Shown here one piece after another: positions 24,811-37,500 of a stretch of DNA of 64,000 nt (positions are counted from its first letter, which is position 1; each line of letters starts with the position of its first letter). The notes below the pieces were generated by a model. It was given only the letters and a program-made list of their open reading frames with translations. It did not search any database and had not been told where the DNA came from. The stretch is taken from positions 274,157-338,156 of the forward strand of contig NW_003314338.1 in NCBI RefSeq assembly GCF_000143415.4, in the 5' to 3' direction. The translations under genes were made by a program, and so were the position numbers. The stretch is from Selaginella moellendorffii. Its lineage: Eukaryota; Plantae; Lycopodiophyta.

Positions 24811-25557
24811 TCTGAAATGCTGGTAGCACCTGAAAGTTGTGACAGAAAGGGAGCTTCAGGGAGATCTTTTTGAACAGGTCCAAGCGCTTTCTGTTTCAGG
24901 TTCTAGAGCAGAGCTTTTAGCTTTTTGCACCACCTCCATCGTGGCCTGGAGATTCGAGAGTTCCATGTGTGCTATCCCGGTCAAGGTGAGAAGGTTGGTG
25001 CTCAACAAATCGAGCTTCCTGGACAGCTCCATAGCCTCCTTGTAGTATTGCAGTGCTCTCTCAGGCTTCTTGTGCCATATAAGCTGTGAGCAAAGGTCCA
25101 TCTTTGTGTTCATCACCAGCTTCTCCACTCCTGGGACTCAGTCATAGGTGGTGATAGTGACCTTCAGCTCTTCTCCTTATCGAGTAGTTGATGTGATCAT
25201 GCCACCATCAAAAACAGCAACTTAAACTCAAGAAAGTTCCTCAAAGAAAAAACCTTGGCAAGGCACACTCGAGCTCTTGGCGAGAGCTCTCAATTATATC
25301 TTGGCAGTTGAGAGGAGGAGCACCCTAGGAGGAGTCTCGCATTCCCTAGGGCATAGCAGATGGCTCTAGCTTTGAGGAGGAGTCACCAGGGAGGCAGAGG
25401 GACCATGAGCAGCACCAAGACTTTTGTGCTTAAGAGAGTTTTGCTTGAGTTTTGTCTTGTATTATTTTTAGTCCTTAAGGGACATGGGGAATGTACATAC
25501 ATATTTATCTAGGTGAGAGCTCTCAAAGGATTGGTGGAAGCATCTAGATTAAAGTGT

Positions 25558-27872
25558 TGTGAGACACAAATCCCTAAGCCCCAAAGTGGAGTTGAAAGGG
25601 TGCCATATGGTAGTGGTTAAAGTGGAAGTCTAAGAAGCATATAATGTTGGGATCAAAAGCTTTGACTTGGGAAATTGAGAATGAGAGTGGAACTCCAAAC
25701 AAAGTGCTTAAGGAATGAGCACAAAATAATTGGTGAATGACTCTTTAGAAAAGGGCACAAGAAGGACTAATATATGGCAAGTGTCATGACATATGAAAGT
25801 GTCAGAAATAAATCCAAAAAGGAGTCTAGGAAGGATTCCGAGAAGGAGTTTGAGATGGAGATCAAGAAAGAGTCCAAGAAAGAGTCTGAGATGGAGTTCG
25901 AGAAGGAGTCCAAAAAGGAGATGGAGTCTGAGATGGAATCCAATATGGACCTAAGATGGAGTTTGAGATAGAGTTCAAGGTAGAACCCGAAAAGGAGTAT
26001 GAGATGGACTTCAGATGGACCTGAGAGGAAGTCCAAGATAAACCTGAGATGGAGTTCGAGATGGACCCAATATGGACCCGAGATGGAGACTAGTGTGACC
26101 AAGGAAAGCTATACCCATGTGTTGGGTGATGATATAACTACTCAGGAGTGCAAGGTTAGAGTGAATACAAACAAATAAGCAGGTTAGCTTGGTGAAGTGT
26201 TAAACAAGAGATAAGGCCTTGAAGTCAAGTTAGTTGGTTCATGAGAACCCTTTGCCAAAGGAATTTCAATAGAAATGGGATTGGTATAGCCTAAGCTGGA
26301 AAGTATTTAATTTGACCCAAATAATTATGGATATGTGGAAGCACTAGTAATGAGTTGTAGGACTTGACGACTATGAGGCAACTAAGCAAAATATATAGTA
26401 TAATTGATTAAATTGGTGGAAGTCAACTTCCCAAGATGTTTTATTGGGATGAGAAGGAATATAGATATATCTTTTGAGGGATAAATTACTTATGTTGCGA
26501 TATAGTAAGTCTACTCATTGTTAAAAAAGTCCATCATTGGGATACCTAAGCACTCTTAAACACCCAGGAAGTAGTGTTGGGTATCATGAGGGCATTAGAT
26601 AAAGCTCCAAGGACAGTCCCTAAAGAATAATGAATATAAGGGCTATCCAATGTCCAAAGTTGCAGAAAGCTAGAGACTGAAGAAATCCATCTATCCAAAA
26701 TTGGACAAATCCAAAAAGGATTTTGGTTAGGCTAGTGAGGGGCACACAAAGGCCCATAAGTAGCAAAGTTAATCCCAGTATGTGGGATTACAAGGTGAGT
26801 ATATTCGATTTGAGGAACCACTCCTTAGGCCATTGGGTAACTTCATCTCTAATAATATTTGATAAGGAATAATAGAATGTGTAAAGTTATTTTCCTAGCT
26901 TAGAGGAAGAATAACCAAAAAGAACGTGTAAAGCCGAAAGTCATTAAAAAGAGGATAAAATTGAACCATAGGAATGAAAGGGTATAGCCAAGGGTGGTCA
27001 TGCAAGTTGAGAGTGGAGAATCAAGTAGATGGTTAAAGATGTTGCTCTTACTAATTAAGGAGCCATAAAAAATCTAAAGTGTTATGGCAGTTGGAAAACT
27101 TGTGAAATGAGAAACCTTAGCAAGATAAGGGAAAGGATCCTTTCAAGGTTCCCAAAGACAATTCTAGGTAAGTTAGTACCTAGAAAAACAAAGGTAAATG
27201 GTTTATAGGAATATACAAAATCATAGCAAAAGTGTGGTCTTCAAGTTTGCAATGAGGCAAGGCTATCAAAGTTAGGGAATTAGTTCCTAAGTGTTCAAAG
27301 AGATGGCTTTAAATGAAAATCAAGGGTTAAAGACTTTTACACTTATGTATGAAACCATATTACATTAGTCAGGGTGTCTTGCTAAGTGAGATTGGCAAGT
27401 CAGGGGAACAAAGACCCTATTTGAAGGTGTTGCTTTCTAAAAGGGGTGGCCCATGAGGCTAAGCATGGAGGAGTCTATGCATGACACAAACTTGTTAAAT
27501 GAGAGGAGTTACCAATTCAGAGGAACTAAGTTCGTAAACTGTAATCTATAGCATGCTTTGGGTCTAAGTTGGTGCACTGGCGTGGGGAGTCATGCCAAGC
27601 ATTCTAGATGATGTTGTCCATAGATGCATATACAGAGGTTGGGTTTGAGTCCCAACCTCTAGTGCTTGGGTTTGAGTTCTAACTCACTAGAGTGTGGCGA
27701 TGGTTTAGAATATGAGGACACTCCTTTTTTGGTGGTTATAGACTCTCAGTAAAGAGATTGGCTTGAGAACACCACAAAGCGGGGAATGCTTTAAAGTCAT
27801 GATGCACGGTTAAATTGCCTAGTGTGAAAGCTCGGCATATATAACTTGAACACTTTGGTGCAAGTGGCACCA
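25558..27872 (+). mobile_element. Old, internally deleted family-B element (LTR start + internal region); continues at ~30480-30879
   Basis: Starts TGTGAGACACAAATCCC; degenerate hexamer array; internal sequence colinear with ~46000-47700. Confidence 0.8.
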
Positions 27873-27879
27873 AAGACAT

Positions 27880-30115
27880 AGTCTTATAGGCACCTATAAT
27901 GAGTTGCTAAAGGTGCAATGTTTCACCAAAGGATTGAGCTTAGTGGATGTGCAATAGAAGGTCAAGAAGGATTTTCCAGCAACATTGACTGATGCTATCA
28001 CTAAGGCTCAAATCTTTTCGCCCAAACCATCGGTTAACTTGGTCAACTTTGGTCAAAAGGATGGTCTTTGGGGTGGTCAACGTGATGACCAACCCACCAA
28101 TACTTCATCTTTGGGGAAGGAAAGGCCGTTGTTTCGTTGTAGATCGAAGAGTGGAGATGGTAATGAGGCAAAAAGACATTGGTTGGACCAATGAGAGAAG
28201 GACAAGGTGGAGGGCAATTGTTTTCATTGCCACAGGGCGGGACATCAAAGCAAGGATTGTTCTAAAGGGGTCAATGAATGATAAGATGACTGTGGTGGAA
28301 ATTATAGGCAATAATGTGAGTGATAATTTTTTGAGGGTTGTATTGCTTCAAGTTAGACATTCTCTTGCATTCATGAGCTATAAGTTTGATGCCACATAGT
28401 GGAATTGGCCTACTTGAGACAAGGAGTTGTATGTTGTGATTGTTGTTGTGAAGGAATGATGACATTATCTGTATGGATTGGACTTCCATGTGGATTCAGA
28501 CCATCAATCTCTCCAATATTCAGTCGATAAAAGGATCTTCGAGGCTGCCTTGCTCATTGGCAAGAGTTCCTGCAGGAAATGTCTGTTAAGATTTGGTACA
28601 AGCATGGAGGTGACAATAAGGTGGCTAATGCATTATCCAGGTTGGTAAATTCTATCTTGTTCATGAAGCTACCCAACGATCTCTTGGATGATCTTAAGGA
28701 GTTTGCTGACTTCGACTCCTTTATCACTAATATTTGCGTGAAGGTTTTGATGAGGGACGCCTCTACAGATTTGAAGGGTGACAGGTTTGTGTCATTTCAA
28801 ATACAAGATGGAATCCTGGTGAAGGGATGTATAGTGGTTCCTTGTGTTGACAAACTCATCAAACGAATTTTGGTTGAGTGTCATGATGTTGGTGAAGAGG
28901 CATTTCTTTTGGCCTAGAATGAATTCAGATGTCAAGATGTACGTGGTTGTTTGATATGCCAAGCAGTCAAAGTAGATCATAAGAAGCTCGCTGGCCTCTA
29001 TATCCTTTACGTGTACCCGAGAATAAGTAGGATAGTATCTTGATGGACTTTATCACTGGTTTGCCCAAAACCTTTCGAGGAAATGATGCCATTTGGGTTG
29101 TTGTGGATTGTTTGACGAAGATGGATCACTTCTTCCCCATGAAAACGACAATAAAAGCTTTTGACCTTGCTCAGTTGTTTGTAGACCGGTTATTCAGTCT
29201 CTATGGTTTGCTGGGTGACATTGTGAGTGATCAAGATCCCACGTTCACATCCAAGTTTTGACAAACGGTTTTCAGAAGCTAGAGACTAAGTTGAGCATGA
29301 GTAGTGGTGAGCATCCACAATCAGATGGGTAGACAGAGTGCATGAATCAGCTACTAGAAGATATATTGAGGTCTTTTGTGGGAAACTTGAGTCGATAGGG
29401 AGTATAGGAGAAGTACTTGCCTTTACTTGAATTTGCTCACAATAGCACTCATCAATCAGCTATTGGTATGTCTCCCTTTATAGCGATGTATGGCTATGAG
29501 CCTAAGTCTCCTATGAGTTTGAATTTGGCTTTGGTTTGGGTACCTCATGCTTGTGATTTCCTGGAAGATATGCAAGACAAGCTTGAGTTGGAAAAGTTGA
29601 ACATGAGGCAAGCTTAAGAGCGAGACAAAAGATTGGCTGATGAGCATTATCATCATCAAGAGTACAAAGTTGGTGATAAGGTTTTCCTTAAGCTGTCAGA
29701 TGCACAACGGTCTCTGAAAGGACGTGGCAATGCTGAGTTGTCTCCATGGTATTGTGGACCTTGGACAATTTTACAGCATGTAGGGGATCTTGCATACACT
29801 TTGGACTTGCCAGTTAGTTCAAAGATTCATCCATCGTTCCATGTGAGCAAGCTTAAAGCATGTTTGCACTCTGGTGATGTCGTGGATCAATCCATCATCG
29901 AGGTCCCAGAGATTGATCTAGAGAAGGCTAGTCCGACCAATATTCTTGCTCAAAGATTGGTGAAAACATGCCGAAAGACAACTAGGGAGTTGTTAGTTCA
30001 GTGGAATGATTATTCCATGGACGAAGCTACATGGGAAACTGAGGATGATGTGAAGAGAGTGTTTCTGAGTTTTGGCTATAACTTGTATGAAATTCCTGAG
30101 GAAGGGGAAAATTGA
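27880..30115 (+). mobile_element. Degenerate gypsy chromovirus pol remnant (RH end, integrase, chromodomain) nested in the old B copy
   Basis: [56 protein letters not shown]; many stops; purine tract at ~30098-30111. Confidence 0.85.
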
Positions 30116-30879
30116 GTTATATAGCCATATTGCTATATGATTTGAGCCATTTGTTCTATTCTCATTCTCTTGTTTCCATGACCATATTGTCATGTGAGAA
30201 AGCCATATTGCTTTCTTTATTTTGTGGCTGTTTGTCGCAACGTTGGTGTTGTTGTTTGCACATCTTTTCTCCATGGCTATATTGCCTTAGACTCCCTTCA
30301 TATGAGGTTCATTTAGCTTCTCAAGGCTGCCATATGTGGCTGGGTCATGAAGGAGGGGAGAATGACATGAACCATAGGAATATTCTAATAATATTCCATG
30401 GCCTATGGGATTTAAGGCCGTAACGCCTTAAGGGTTGGGAGGTTGGCCTAGGGTTTGCTCTCCTATTCATTTCATGATGGATGAGATGGGGACACCCAAT
30501 CTCAATTGCTATGCACCTTTGGCTAGAAGGGCTGACTTGGGCACACCACCAAGTGTGGGGGATGCTCCTAGGGTTATAATCAATAATTTAAAGGTTTGGA
30601 AGACCTAATACCTAATGGCAGACTTATTAAGATAGATCACTAAGTGATCTTGTGGCTAAATAAAGACAAGGTCCTTATTTGGTGAAGGAATAAAATTTCC
30701 TAATTCAAAGTGTTGACTTGAACTATTAATAATGGTGTGACTTGGTCAAGGTGATCAAGTGGGAAGGACATATAAGGAATGAGTTGTGCAATGCGATGGC
30801 ATACTGAGTCCAAAAAAGTAGTTTCTAGGAAAGACCCATAGGAGGGTCACAAAGTTGGATAGAGCCCATAACAGAAAAT

Positions 30880-32435
30880 TGTGAGACACAAAATCCCTAG
30901 GCCCCAAAGTGGAGCCGAAAGGGTGCCACGTGGTAGTGGCCGAAGCAAAAGCCAAACGAGCGTAACACGTTTGGACTAAAAGGCTCCGACTTGAAAGGTC
31001 GAGAGCGGGAGTGGAACTCCCAACGGAGTGCTCAAGAAACGAGCATGAAGCGGGCAATAAGCGAGGCTCCGAAAAGGGACCCAAAAGGACCAACACATCA
31101 TATGAGACGGAGTCCGAGATGGAGTCCGAGATGGTGTCTGAGATGGAGCAAGACGGAGTCCAAGATGGACTGAGACAGAGTCCAAGATGGAGTCCAAGAT
31201 GGACCGAGACGGAGTCCGAGATGGAGTCCAAGATGGACCGAGACGGAGTCCGAGATGGAGTCTGAGATGGACCGAGACGGAGTTTGAGATGGAGTCCGAG
31301 ATGGAGTCTGAGATGGAGTCCAAGATGGACTGAGACGGAGTCCGAGATGGAGTCCAAGATGGCCGAGATGGAGTCCGAGATGGACTGAGATGGAGTCCAA
31401 GAATGGAGTCCGAGATGGACCGAGACAGAGTCCGAGAATGGAGTCCAAGATGGACCGAGACGGAGTCCGAGAATGGAGTCCGAGATGGACTAAGACGGAG
31501 TCCAAGTCCGAGATGGACCCGAGATAGAATCGGAGATGGAGTATGAGAAGGACCCGAGATGGAGTCTGAGGTTGAGACTGAGACTGGGACGGAGACGGAG
31601 ACCGAGACCGGGACCGAGACCGAGACTGGGACCGAGACCGAGACCGAGACCGAGACCGGGACCTGAGCCCAAGTCCGAGTCCGATTTCAAGTCTGAGTCC
31701 AAGTCCGAGTCTGAGAGGGTGAAAGCCCAAAGCATTCGTCTCCCAGACCCTGGGGGGGTTTGGTGAGCTCCAAAAGTATAGTGAGAGGGAGGACTGTAAT
31801 GGAGCCAGTTTGGCCTAGTAAGGCCAAACCTAGTGTTGGGTGATGAACTGACCACTGGGAAGTCCAAGACTAGAGTGAATACAAACTGACAAGCGGGGTT
31901 GCTTGGTGAAGTATTCAAGAGCCAGCTCTAGTTCCCCTGGGAGATCGACTAGCCGATGCTCCCAGTCCAAGTGTGGGTGGCACTACCTACTTGGATACCA
32001 AGTGTGGCTCAACGGAACCTCGCTCTAAGCACATAGCTAGAGCACCTAAAGGCGGAAGGTGGGGAGAGTAGCCACAGGGCTCGCGTAGGCCCACGGTATT
32101 CCAAAATGTTGTCCCAGAGTCCCAAATGGGGGAAAGGAGGAGGAGCAGTCCTCTAGTGTAGTGACTAAGGATACAATCACATGGTGAGGAAGTCCCAAAG
32201 GACCATGGGACTTAGTGGTTGGGCATGTGGGCCTTGATCTAGTGGCAATGTCGGCGAACATGGCTATGGACAGAAAAGGGACTTGGTAGGAACTAACAAA
32301 GGGATATTGGGGAAGGCTATTCCCCATGTCTGTAGGCATCCTAAGGATGCTAAGGAGTGGATTTGGGTTGACCACTCGTGGACGGATGGCCCAGTCTTGG
32401 AGAGATGGGATTGTGATGCAAGTGGTATTGGAACA
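30880..32435 (+). repeat. 3'-truncated family-B LTR
   Basis: TGTGAGACACAAAATCCC start, hexamer/dodecamer arrays, colinear with 34210-35390. Confidence 0.9.
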
Positions 32436-32439
32436 TTAG

Positions 32440-33110
32440 TGCCGATCTTAGTCTCAGTCTTGGTCTCAGTCTTGGTCTCGATTCCATCTCAGTTTCCATC
32501 TCGGGTCCATCTCAGACTCCATCTTGGGTCCATCTTAGACTCCATCTCGAGTCTATCTTAGACTTTATCTTGGGTCTATCTCGGGTCCATCTCAGATTCC
32601 TTCTTGGACTCCTTCTCAGACTCCATCTTAGACTCCTTCTGAGGTCCCATCTCAGACTCATTCCAGACTCGATCTTGCCACTAGACTTTTATTCCTATCC
32701 TTTGATTGTGGCACTAAGCAACATAGGATCACCTCCATCCTTCGTCTTAGTCTTAGTCTCAGTCTTGGTCTCGGTTCCATCTTAGTCTCCATCTTGGGTC
32801 CATCTCAAACTCGATCTTGGGTCCATCTTGGACTCCATCTCAGGTCCATCTCAGACTCCATATTAGGTCCATCTCAGACTCCATCTCAGACTCCATCTCG
32901 GGTCCATCTCGGAGTCCATTTCAGAGCCATCTCAGACTCCATCTTGTACTCCATCTTGGGTCTATCTCAAACTCCATCTCAGACTCCTTCTTAGACACTC
33001 CTTCTCAAACTCCATCTCGAGTCCATCTTAGACTCCATCTTGAACTCCTTCTTAGACACTCCTTCTCAGACTCCATCTCAGGTCCATCTCGTATCTCTTT
33101 TTTAGAGACT
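32440..33110 (-). repeat. Inverted degenerate B-LTR repeat arrays with a small B-internal fragment
   Basis: (CATCTCAGACTC)n, the reverse complement of the LTR array; 32675-32740 matches the reverse complement of ~48215-48280. Confidence 0.75.
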
Positions 33111-33114
33111 CACT

Positions 33115-33435
33115 TATTGCTAGTGAATGCCCTTGAGGAACAATCTAGGGTGGAGGCCCAAGATCTATAAATAAGGTAGAGTAGGTCCAAGGACTTTTAT
33201 TTGAACCAAGTGTCCACAAGAAAAAAAACTTAGAAAAGGAACTAAGACAACATTTTTGTGCTTACTCTCAATGGGAAGCGGTAAAAAGATGATATCAGAA
33301 GAGGTTCTTTTTGGGATTCAACAAGTGTTAAGACTAATTTTAGGACACCATTCTAAAGGAATTGTTGGTAAGATTAAACCTTACCCAACTGATAGAACAT
33401 AAAATTGAATTGGGGGCTAACATAGTGGTCCATCT
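33115..33435 (+). mobile_element. Degenerate family-A pol remnant (PR-RT linker), continuing at 41383-41605
   Basis: Colinear with ~7885-8205 and then ~8205-8430 on the far side of the solo LTR. Confidence 0.8.
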
Positions 33436-34513
33436 TGTAAGCCACAAATTTTTCCTTTCCAATTTGCCAGCTTACCTCGTTTATCCGACCAACACTGCCT
33501 TGGTTTTTGCTAAGTTCCCTCACCAAGGTTCCCGCCTATTGTACCAGCTCTTACTTGGTTCTACTTGGTTTCAACTACTTACTGCATGAGCAATGGAGCA
33601 TTAGCCATCCATCCACGAATTCCCAAATCTCTCCCAATCCCCCTTCTCGGGCTAGACTGGACTTAAGGTTCAGCTACACTCCCTGTAGGCACAAGTAGCC
33701 AATCACACCAAGCCTCCAGGTTCCTAACATCCTTTGGTACAACAAGACTTGATCATGGGACCCTTTAAATCCCAAGCCTTGGGTGCAACATTTGCTTCAG
33801 GACACCGGGGCGAAACACCATGGCCTAACGGCCTGGTATGGGTACCTCTACCCCCCCACTTCCATCCCGAAGGAAAGGCCCAAGCCCCTAAGAAGGGTGA
33901 GGACCAATGAGCCACAAGGTACTCAAGTAGGGCACCACTCCACATGAGCCAGGAGCACCGCAATCAGTTTCCCTTTCGGGAGTGGGAGCTACTCTTGAGC
34001 ACTTCCTTGGGTGGCCCCTCCAGCACCACCTAAGTCCATGCTCACTCCCACCCAAGGCCCCTCGGCCCCAGTCTCAACCTCAAGTCAGTTTGGAAGCACC
34101 ACTGGAGAGTTCCTTCAAGACTGGTTCCTGGACTTCACTATCCCTATTATACTTTTGAAACCCCTTGCAACCCCCCCCCCCCCACGCATGCTTTTTGCTT
34201 TCACCCCTTTGTGAGACACAAAATCCCTAGGCCCCAAAGTGGAGCCGGAAGGGCGCCACATGGTAGTGGCCGAAGCGAGAGCCAAACGAGCGTAACACGT
34301 TTGGACCAAAAGCTCCGACTTGAAAAGTCAAGAGCGGGAGTGGAACTCCCAACGAAGTGCTCGAGGAACGAGCACGAAGCGAGCAAAAGGCAAGGCTCCA
34401 AAAAGGGACCCGAGATGGACCCGAGATGGACCCGAGATGGAGTCCGAGATGGAGTCCGAGATGGAGTCCGAAGTCGAGACCGAGACCGGGACCGAGACCG
34501 AGATCGGGATCGG

Positions 34514-34545
<32 letters not shown>

Positions 34546-37500
34546 TCGGGACCGAGACCGAGACCGAGGCCGAGGCCGAGACCAAGCCCGAGCCCGAGTC
34601 CGAGTCCGAATCCGAATCCGAGTCCGAGTCCGAGTCCGAGTCCGGAGCCTGAGAGGGTGAAAGCCCAAAGCGTTCGTCTCCCAGACCCTGGGGGGTTTGG
34701 TGAGCTCCAAAAGTATAGTAGGGGGAGGACTGCAGTGGAGCCAGTTTGGCCAGGAAAGGCCAGTTTGGCCCAGGAAGGCCAGACCCAGTGTTGGGTGATG
34801 AACTGACCACTGGGAAGTCCAAGACTAGAGTCAATACGGACCGACAAGCGGGGTAGCTTGGTGAAGTGTTCAAGAGCCAACTCTATTTCCCCCGGGAGAT
34901 CGACTGGCTGATGCTCCCAGTCCAAGTGTGGGTGGCACTACCTACTTGGATACCAGGCGTGGCTCAACGGAACCTCGCTCTAAGCCCATGGCTAGAGCAC
35001 CTAAAGGCGATAGGTGGGGAGAGTACCCAGGTGGCTCGCGTAAGGCCACGGTGTTCCGAAATGTCGTCCCAAAGGCCCAGACTGTGGAAAGGAAGAGGAG
35101 CAGTCCTCTGGGGTAGTGACCAAGGACACAGTCGTGTGGTGAGGAAGTCCCAGAGGACTGTGGGACTTAGTGGTCGGGCCTGTGGGCCTCGATCCAGTGG
35201 CAGTGTTGGCAAACACGGCCAGGGGCAGAAAGGGACTTGGTAGGAATTGACAAAGGGACTTTGGGGAAGGCGATTCCCCAGGTCTGTGGGCATCCTAAGG
35301 ATGCTAAGGAGTGGATCTAGGATGACCCCTCGTAGACAGATGGCCCAGTCTTGGAGAGACGGGATGGTGATGCAAGTGGTATTGGACCATTTGCGCAGCA
35401 AAGGTGAATGGGCATGGCCTTAGCGTAACGGGCCGAGATGTCAGTGGTACCTTTGGGTGTCGGTCATGGGATCGGACACGTGGAGCACTTGGACCAAGTG
35501 CAAAGGTTGAGTGGCATGGATGCCATTCTCGGGGCTAGCAAGCCCCAAGTCCTGAATGGGACTTATGGAGGTTGTGAATGAGACTCCTCCAAGTGGTCGG
35601 AGGTGTGGTTAAGTGACTAAAGTAGAATGGAAAAATTAGTCGCTTACAATTTGGTATCGGAGCTGTTCCTTAGTCCGACTTTTATTGGTGCTCAAGTATA
35701 TCACCACTAGTGTTGGCATCGGAAGGTCCGAGGAGTGGGCCTATCCTTGAGGAGTAGCAAGTCTGGAAGACATGGCTCTCCATTACAGTTCATTTGTGAA
35801 CTTGTAGACGAGGTGGTGGATAGAAAAGAGCCAATAATGGAACGACTTTGGGATCTTGGGAACAGTGCAAGGTTTTCCTCATTGAGTTGAGGATGTGATC
35901 CGGATGAGCATTTGTCTCAGCAAATTGGCTTAGGTTGTTTTGGTAAACAACTAAAGTTGGGATCACGGGAACGATAGAGACTCCAAAACAATAAAGGAGT
36001 CACAAGATTATCCTCATATAGTTGAGGTTGGTGCTCATGAATGTGAGACAAAAGGTAATGACCGTGGAAGGTCAAATACGGAAGAGGACTCAAGTCCTTG
36101 AAATGGTGGCCGGGCCTACCTCTAATAAATGCTGGAACAACCCAAGGGGTTGGGGGTGTATTAAGTGGATGAGTTGGTATTCTCATCACATGGACAATTA
36201 GTCCTAAGGGGCAAAGGTTGCCCCCAGAGAACAAAATCAAGTGTCGGAGTAACACTTGTGAAAATAGTCCTTTTGACTAGGACCGGAATGCAAGATGTGT
36301 ATTCCAGTGAGCTAGTGCCTCACAAGTAGGACCTTACGGGTCGGTGGATTAACCAAGTCCAAAACTGCTAGACGACTCAAGTAGAGTCCTAAAAAGGACT
36401 GAATGAAGCATTTGGACTGAGGTGCGTTGTACCCCACAAAGGATGGGGGGGGATCATAGGATCCAAGGATGAGAACAGAGAGTATCTCATCGATGGCAAA
36501 ATGTGCCATGCTAAAGTTATGGGAGAGGTGTTCCCAGAAGAAAACAACTTTGACATAAAGTTGTGTGTGACCTCTATGGGGCAATGCTAACAGATGGTTG
36601 GCATGAGAAAGAGCGGTGTTGGTCTTGGCAAAGACTTAGACACGAAGGGAAATGTCATAGAGGTAGGCTCGTGGAGCCGATGGTGTGGAGACACCAAATG
36701 TGCTAAGGTGTGATACCTTGAGGCTATGTTGGTGGGTTCATGTGAACCCCTTGCCAAAGGAATCCCAATGGAAATGGGAATGGCATAGCCTAAGCTGCAG
36801 AGCATGCAGTTGGAGTGTGGTGACCCAGATAGTGATGGAGGTGTGAAAGCACCAAGCAATGAGTTGTAGGACTTGACAACTATGAGGCAACTAAGCAAGA
36901 GGTGCAAAATAACTGATTAAACGGGTAGAAGGTAGCTACCCAAGACTTCTAGTATAGGGAAGTCGAATATACCCTTACGGGGGATAAGTTTCTTATGTTG
37001 CGATATAGTAAGTCAATGTCATAAAAGGAAATACTCATTGTCAAGAAAGCCATCATTGGGACACCCGAACACTCTAGAACACCAGAAGGTGGTGTTTGAT
37101 ATCGCGAGGGCAATGGATAAAGCCCAAGGGACTAAGTCCCTAGCGAATGATGGATAGAAGGTGCTATCCAAATGTCCAAGGTTGCGAAGACAGGAGAGGA
37201 CTGTCTACCCAAGTTGGACAAAGCCAAAAATGGAATTTTGGCAAGGCTAGTGATGGGCATGTAAAGGCCCATAAGCAACAATGTAACCCCAGTGTGTGGG
37301 ATTATAAGGTGAGCATACCCGGATTGAGGAACCACTCCCTGGGCTATTGGGTAGGTTCATCCCTAAGAATACTTGCTAAGGCATGATAGAAAGTGCAAAG
37401 CTATCCTCCTGGTCTGGAGGAGAATGACCGAAGGAAAGGTGTGAAGCCAAAGGCAAGTAGTGTTGGGATGGAACTGAACCATAGAAATCAAAGGGCATAT

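Noticed and set aside
24856-25128. TPR-like 90-aa ORF
   Set aside because: Too short and unsupported to call.
34210-35648. Hammerhead ribozyme (retrozyme) in B LTRs
   Set aside because: No CUGANGA...GAAA core with the required helices found by eye.
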